Assembly: GCA_048885925.1 (NCBI GenBank)
Contig: JBHLLG010000008.1
Location: 22,207-86,206, forward strand
Direction: 5' to 3'
DNA length: 64,000 nt
DNA from: Candidatus Hermodarchaeota archaeon
GTDB taxonomy: Archaea; Asgardarchaeota; Lokiarchaeia; Sigyniarchaeales; SOKP01
A program made the position numbers and the translations under genes. The stretch's first letter is position 1; every line of letters begins with the position of its first letter. Below are positions 59,060-64,000 of the stretch, piece after piece. Under the pieces are notes generated by a model. It did no database searches, was not told the DNA's origin, and saw only the letters and a program-made list of their open reading frames with translations.

Positions 59060-59740
59060 ATGAATTTTACAAATTTTATTTTCAGTAGAGACCTAATAGA
59101 AAATAAATTAATGGATTTTAAATCACCAGATAGAATTTCTATGGAACACGAAAAGTTTGTAAATTCTGCAGTTTTTGTTCTAATAATTCCTTATAAAGTT
59201 AAACCATATGACTTAATATTAATACGTCGTACGAAAAGAGAAAATGATAAACATTCAGGGGAAATTTCGTTCCCAGGAGGTAAATATGATCCTACCCTTG
59301 ATTCGAGTTATTTAGACACAGCGAAAAGAGAATTAAAGGAAGAATTAGGAATTGAACTCTTGAATGAAAATATTTTAGGATGCATTGATGATCACTTAAC
59401 GCCAAAAGGATTTATAATAACACCATTTGTTGCTTTTATACAACAAGACCAACAAATGATAAAGCAGGATGCAGAAGTAAAAAAGATATTAAAAATCCCT
59501 ATTACATTTTTTATAAATAAAGAGAATTATAAAGAGAGAACTTATACGCTTAAAGGTGATACTGTTAGCGTTGGGAAATACAATTATAAATCACCTCAAA
59601 ATGGTAAAAGATATGTTATTTTTGGAGCAACTAGCCATATTATTGTAAATTTTATCGAAAGAGTCTACAATATTATATTAAAAACAGCAGGCTGTAGAAG
59701 GATAAATTGTGAAGATATTGAAAATAAGATAATAAAATAA
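59060..59740 (+). CDS. Nudix CoA pyrophosphatase (tandem paralogue)
   Basis: SAVF, HSGEISFPGGK, TAKRELKEELG, IFGATS. Confidence 0.9.
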   Translation: MNFTNFIFSRDLIENKLMDFKSPDRISMEHEKFVNSAVFVLIIPYKVKPYDLILIRRTKRENDKHSGEISFPGGKYDPTLDSSYLDTAKRELKEELGIELLNENILGCIDDHLTPKGFIITPFVAFIQQDQQMIKQDAEVKKILKIPITFFINKENYKERTYTLKGDTVSVGKYNYKSPQNGKRYVIFGATSHIIVNFIERVYNIILKTAGCRRINCEDIENKIIK

Positions 59741-59748
59741 TTTACTTT

Positions 59749-59901
59749 TTATTTAATTTTAACTAACTTAGAGATATAATCTGGGCAATTTCTGCAATTT
59801 GGAATTTTACATAAAAATTGTATTTTCGGAAGCATACAAGATTGCCAAAAAGGACACTCAATCAGGTGAAAATCAATTTTAAATTCGGTTCTACTACTCA
59901 T
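59749..59901 (-). CDS. Small (50 aa) cysteine-rich protein; missing from ORF track
   Basis: MSSRTEFKIDFHLIECPFWQSCMLPKIQFLCKIPNCRNCPDYISKLVKIK*; fills the gap, stop 8 nt from convergent Nudix stop. Confidence 0.65.
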   Translation of the reverse strand: MSSRTEFKIDFHLIECPFWQSCMLPKIQFLCKIPNCRNCPDYISKLVKIK

Positions 59902-60159
59902 ATTATTTTAAGTTTTTAATTATTATTGAAAACCAATAACAACTACATCTTAATAAAAAAAAAAGCGGTCTAAATTTAGTAAAACATCCTCTAAATTACT
60001 TTTAATTAAAAAAGATGGCTTATTAATATCTGTAGTATCAATACATAAATATACTACTAAAATAGTATAAAATTATTATTTTATAACTATTAATAATAAA
60101 ATTCATTTATAATACTAATTTTAACTTTTTAATTGAAAAAGTAAAAAAGAGAATATAAT

Positions 60160-61374
60160 TTGAAGTATCGAAAAATGGGATCCCTTGATTGGGAGGTGTC
60201 TGCTCTTGGATTTGGTGCTATGCGATTACCTGTGGATGAAAACTCTAAGATCAATGAAAAAGAAGCGATTAAAATGATCAGATATGCAATAGATAATGGT
60301 GTAAATTACATAGATACAGCTTACCCTTATCATAATGGAGAAAGTGAAATCTTATTAGGAAAGGCGCTAAAAGAAGGCTATAGAGAAAAAATTCATCTAG
60401 CTACAAAACTACCAATGTGGCTAGTGAAGAAAAGAGATGATTTTGATAAATTCCTTAAAGAACAGATTGAAAGATTACAAACTAATCCTGATCTATATTT
60501 ATTTCATGGATTAAACAAAGATCGATTGGAAAAAGTCAAAAAATTCGACTTGATTGAGAAAATGGAACAAGCAAAGTCTAAGAGTTTATTTAAATATATA
60601 GGATTTTCCTTTCATGATACTTATGAAGTGTTTAAAGAGATAATTGATTATTATAATTGGGACTGTTGTCAAATCCAATTTAATTATCTCGATATAAAAT
60701 ATCAAGCCGGTACAAAGGGACTAAAATATGCGGGAAGTAAGAATATTGCAATAATAATTATGGAACCCTTGCGAGGTGGAAAATTAGCTATTCCAGAGAA
60801 AAAACTAGATGAAAAACCTGAGTTCAAGGAAATTCTTAATAAATCAAATATTAGGAGAACTATGGCAGACTGGGGTTTGCAATTTGTTTGGAATCATCCT
60901 GAAGTTTCAGTAGTATTAAGCGGAATGAGTACAATGCAACATGTTAAAGAAAATATAGAATCAGCAAGTAATTCAAAAGCTAATAGTTTAACCAAAGATG
61001 ATTTAAAGATTATTTCTGAATTACGTGAAAAGTATAAAACTTATGATCTTGTACCTTGTACTGATTGTAGGTATTGTTTGCCCTGTCCTAATGGTGTCTC
61101 TATTCCATGGATTTTTAGATTATTAAATGAGTTAAGATATTGGGGTGAAGTATTTAAAAAAAGACTTTTATTTTTCTATGATCGGATGGCTAAAACACAA
61201 GAGGATTTAGAAAGAAGGCTTTCTGAGGGAGAAGAGGTAGATGGAGCGGCATGCTTGTGTATTCAATGTGAAGATTGCCTTGAAAAGTGCCCTCAACATA
61301 TAAATATTCCTGAGATTATGGAGAAAGTTAACATTATTTTTGAAGAAGGCAAAAATGTTTCAGATCTTTTTTAA
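60160..61374 (+). CDS. Aldo/keto reductase with C-terminal 4Fe-4S domain
   Basis: VSALGFGAMRLP, NYIDTAYPYH, IGFSFH, IMEPLRGG, CTDCRYCLPCP, CIQCEDCLEKCPQ. Confidence 0.92.
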   Translation: MKYRKMGSLDWEVSALGFGAMRLPVDENSKINEKEAIKMIRYAIDNGVNYIDTAYPYHNGESEILLGKALKEGYREKIHLATKLPMWLVKKRDDFDKFLKEQIERLQTNPDLYLFHGLNKDRLEKVKKFDLIEKMEQAKSKSLFKYIGFSFHDTYEVFKEIIDYYNWDCCQIQFNYLDIKYQAGTKGLKYAGSKNIAIIIMEPLRGGKLAIPEKKLDEKPEFKEILNKSNIRRTMADWGLQFVWNHPEVSVVLSGMSTMQHVKENIESASNSKANSLTKDDLKIISELREKYKTYDLVPCTDCRYCLPCPNGVSIPWIFRLLNELRYWGEVFKKRLLFFYDRMAKTQEDLERRLSEGEEVDGAACLCIQCEDCLEKCPQHINIPEIMEKVNIIFEEGKNVSDLF

Positions 61375-61484
61375 TTCAATATCTTCATCGAATAATTATA
61401 CCATTATTTATAACCAAAAACTTATTTTAAAAAGATAAATAATTTGAATTGACGTTTAAGTTGAATTCAAAGGTTTAAAATGAA

Positions 61485-61609
61485 GGCTCTTGACGGTTAG
61501 AATCTTACATCATTAGAGATTAAGATAACTAAAGTGGTCTCTGACGCTGGGCTTCAAACCCAGTTATCCTGCGGAGGGGTAGGGGTTCGATTCCCCTCGA
61601 GAGCCGCCA
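61485..61609 (+). tRNA. selC: tRNA-Sec(TCA), 9/4 fold, with 32-nt BHB intron in D-arm (61501-61532), encoded CCA
   Basis: 9-bp acceptor GGCTCTTGA/TCGAGAGCC, G discriminator, spliced 7-bp D-stem GTTAGAG-TGGT-CTCTGAC, 6-bp anticodon stem GCTGGG-CTTCAAA-CCCAGT, long variable arm, 4-bp T-stem GGGG-TTCGATT-CCCC. Confidence 0.93.
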
Positions 61610-61632
61610 TTTTAAAACTTCTAGTGATCTTT

Positions 61633-62997
61633 ATGGTTGATTTTAATAGAATTGTTGATTTTTTTAAAAATTTAAACATTCCAGAAAATATGCTAAATAG
61701 AGGACAAATTGTTTTAAATGAATTTATAAATCCAATAAAAATCTTATTTGAACAAAGAAGTGTTCCAAAAGAGCCTTGGACTGATGAGCAAATCGATTAT
61801 CTTTTAAAAACTCTTTCAAATATGGATACAGATAAAGATATAAATGCTGCGAGAGTGGGCGAAAGAGAAGCAAGAATTGCCTCAAAATTACAATTAAAAA
61901 CATCAGCAGGATTCTGCCATGGTGTGGGAAGAAGTGGTTTCTTAACAGCCCCTCAACCAAAAGCTCCTGGAGCCTCAATTTTATACGAACTTTCAAACTA
62001 TTTAGCTCGAGATATTTTGAGAAATTTTGGATTACCAAACATTAAAGATGCAATTGTAGTCCCATTATGTACTGGAATGTCCTTATCTTTAACATTAAGT
62101 GCTCTAAAACCAGCTCAAAGTGAACAAAATATAAATTCTAAAAGAACAGTATTAGTTCCTCAAATTGATCATAAATCAATACTGAAATCCATTGAATTAA
62201 TAGGTTGTAAAAAAAAAATCATAAGAGGGAAGATTTTTGGAGATGCGGTTAGAATTCCAGTTGAGGATATAATAGATAGTTTAGACGATAATTGTTTTGC
62301 TGTTGTTTCAATAACAAGCTTTTTTCCACCTCGCGAAAATGACAACATAAAAGAAATTAGTAAATTTGCGAAAGAAAAAGATCTTGTCCATATTATTATT
62401 AATGCTTATGGTGTCCAATCTCCAGAATGGATGAAATTAATTCGATCAGCCATAGATGCTGGTAGAGTCGATGCTATCATTCAATCAACAGACAAAAATT
62501 TTCTTACTCCTGTTGGTGGAGCTATAATCGCATCACCCATTAAAGTAAATATAACAAAGATCAGCCAAGCTTATGCTGGACGTGCCTCAGCTACACCGAT
62601 AGTAAATTTCTTAATTTCAGTACTTTCACTTGGGATTAATGGGTATCAAAAATTAATTGAAGAACAACAAAAAAATAGAAAATTACTTGAACAAAAACTT
62701 AGAGAAGTTGTTAAAAATATTAATGAACAAATTCTTGACATTTTTAATCCTGTTGCTGTAGCGTTATCTTTAAGAAACTTAACAGAAGAACAACTTTATG
62801 CTCTCGGAGGTGCATTATACAATTTAAGGGTTACTGGACCAAGAGTTTATAATCCTAAAGAGAAATCATTTGGTACATGTTGTTCAAATTACTCAACTCC
62901 TTATATTATTATGAATGCTGCTATTGGTGCAAAAGAAAGAGACATTTTAACTGCTGTAGAGAGGTTTGAAAAAGCATATAGACAAGTAGTAAAATAA
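61633..62997 (+). CDS. spcS: O-phosphoseryl-tRNA(Sec) selenium transferase (SepSecS)
   Basis: MDTDKD..ARVGEREAR, HGVGRSG..APQPKAPGAS, QSTDKNFLTPVGG (PLP Lys), YAGRASA; ATG at 61633 just after tRNA-Sec. Confidence 0.93.
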   Translation: MVDFNRIVDFFKNLNIPENMLNRGQIVLNEFINPIKILFEQRSVPKEPWTDEQIDYLLKTLSNMDTDKDINAARVGEREARIASKLQLKTSAGFCHGVGRSGFLTAPQPKAPGASILYELSNYLARDILRNFGLPNIKDAIVVPLCTGMSLSLTLSALKPAQSEQNINSKRTVLVPQIDHKSILKSIELIGCKKKIIRGKIFGDAVRIPVEDIIDSLDDNCFAVVSITSFFPPRENDNIKEISKFAKEKDLVHIIINAYGVQSPEWMKLIRSAIDAGRVDAIIQSTDKNFLTPVGGAIIASPIKVNITKISQAYAGRASATPIVNFLISVLSLGINGYQKLIEEQQKNRKLLEQKLREVVKNINEQILDIFNPVAVALSLRNLTEEQLYALGGALYNLRVTGPRVYNPKEKSFGTCCSNYSTPYIIMNAAIGAKERDILTAVERFEKAYRQVVK

Positions 62998-63117
62998 TAA
63001 AAATTACAAAAAATTTAAAGTTCTATCTAACAGAAATAAAAATAAATAAAAACTAGAAGTTCTATATTTTAATAAAAATTATTCAAATACATTAAAATCG
63101 TTAGAGAGGATTTCATA

Positions 63118-63798
63118 ATGGAAAACCGGCTATTAAACCAGTTTAATAATGTTATTACGTCACAATGGCCCTTTAAACAGATAGAAGAACCATATGGACC
63201 TTTAATACCTCGTGAATTATTTGAACTGGCTTATCACACATGTAATTCTGTGACAATGAGAAACATTTATATTAAATTATCTTCAAGTGAAGAGCAGGGT
63301 GGATCTAAAGCAATTTTGTACTCAAATAGCAAGAAATTTATTTCAATAGAAGCCCTTGATGATACTCTGAAAATTACTAAATATTTTAGTGAAGGAACCA
63401 CTGGTGATAAAGTAACAACTGAAATCCAACCTACTCTAAAAAAAAGAAAAGAAATTTTTGCAAAGAAAGACACAGAAATAAAGAATCAGATTTTAAAAAA
63501 TATTTTAGTAGAAAGAAAACTTGATGAGTGCGCAAATTTAGTTATGTTAAAAGGTATAAACCGAAAAATTTATTTTGCTATCGGAGATGCTCGCGAATCT
63601 GCGGCTGTTGTTCCACTATTTATGGAAGCGGAAGGAGCTAGTTTAGTACAATTAGCTTTAAATAAATGGATGGAAACAGCTCAAAGGCTCGAACAAGAAC
63701 AAACTTTTCCTGAAAATCTTATCCCAGGTATTCTTAAAAATCTTACTCAGATTAAAAGATGGCTCCTTGATTTGATTAGTTCAAATTTAGATAAATAG
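63118..63798 (+). CDS. Hypothetical protein
   Basis: 226-aa ORF with GAGG SD; no recognised motif. Confidence 0.7.
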   Translation: MENRLLNQFNNVITSQWPFKQIEEPYGPLIPRELFELAYHTCNSVTMRNIYIKLSSSEEQGGSKAILYSNSKKFISIEALDDTLKITKYFSEGTTGDKVTTEIQPTLKKRKEIFAKKDTEIKNQILKNILVERKLDECANLVMLKGINRKIYFAIGDARESAAVVPLFMEAEGASLVQLALNKWMETAQRLEQEQTFPENLIPGILKNLTQIKRWLLDLISSNLDK

Positions 63799-63926
63799 AT
63801 GATCATTTGTATTTTTTCAATTCTTTTACTACATGTAAGATATTATCCCCATATATCGGGAAATATTTTTGAGATATATACAAAAAAACGTAAAATGGAT
63901 GTTTCACGATCAAAAAAATTAATGTA

Positions 63927-64000
63927 TGGGCCATCGGGGATTTGAACCCCGGATCTCAGGTTTTTACTTTCTCGGACAATTCTATTAAGTGTATGTCCGA
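63927..64000 (-). tRNA. 3' part of an intron-containing tRNA (anticodon outside window)
   Basis: Minus strand reads TCGGACA..TGTCCGA intron hairpin, then CCTGA-GATC-CGGGG-TTCAAAT-CCCCG-ATGGCCC-A. Confidence 0.8.

Noticed and set aside
61534-61632. ORF-track N-terminal extension of SepSecS from GTG 61534
   Set aside because: Overlaps the tRNA-Sec gene; the protein-like sequence begins at ATG 61633
238-63473. Numerous short antisense or alternate-frame ORFs in the track (e.g. 238..450, 2107..2553, 14081..14398, 45003..45343, 61724..62038)
   Set aside because: Shadows of well-supported genes; no motifs
1-64000. Selenoprotein genes or SECIS elements
   Set aside because: TGA-ending genes (Sec61-beta, OSTC, uL29, uL6, eL32, uS5 and others) are already full length; no conserved domain continues past a TGA and no convincing SECIS was seen by eye
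1-64000. CRISPR arrays, transposases, integrases, rRNA
   Set aside because: No regularly spaced repeats or recognisable motifs found
63927-64000. Assigning an isotype to the terminal tRNA
   Set aside because: Anticodon and 5' exon lie outside the window

Overview
AT-rich archaeal chromosomal segment, most consistent with an Asgard archaeon (Lokiarchaeia-like). It carries ribophorin I, OSTC/OST3-6, Sec61-beta, Roadblock and RPC34/TFE-beta homologues, BHB-intron tRNAs, and an archaeal/eukaryotic-type selenocysteine system (SelB/EFSec, SepSecS, 9/4-fold tRNA-Sec). Main blocks are a translocon/N-glycosylation neighbourhood (0-8.6 kb), a peptide ABC transporter (9-16.7 kb), RNA-modification/recombination genes (21-29 kb), the uS19-uL15 ribosomal protein cluster (37-46.6 kb), an accessory region (46.8-57 kb) and the Sec locus (61.5-63 kb). 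The top finding is that uS14 and uS8 are intact but absent from the ORF track because neither has a usable ATG/GTG/TTG start. They appear to start at ATA and ACG, and uL15 probably at ATT, each exactly 6 nt after an identical AAGGTGA Shine-Dalgarno, suggesting systematic non-AUG initiation. Other highlights are a tRNA-Sec with a D-arm BHB intron, a tRNA-Gln with two non-canonical introns, an acyltransferase gene bracketed by a perfect 20-bp direct repeat, and three small ORFs missed by the track. No CRISPR array, transposase or selenoprotein gene was seen. All family assignments come from motif recognition, not database searches.
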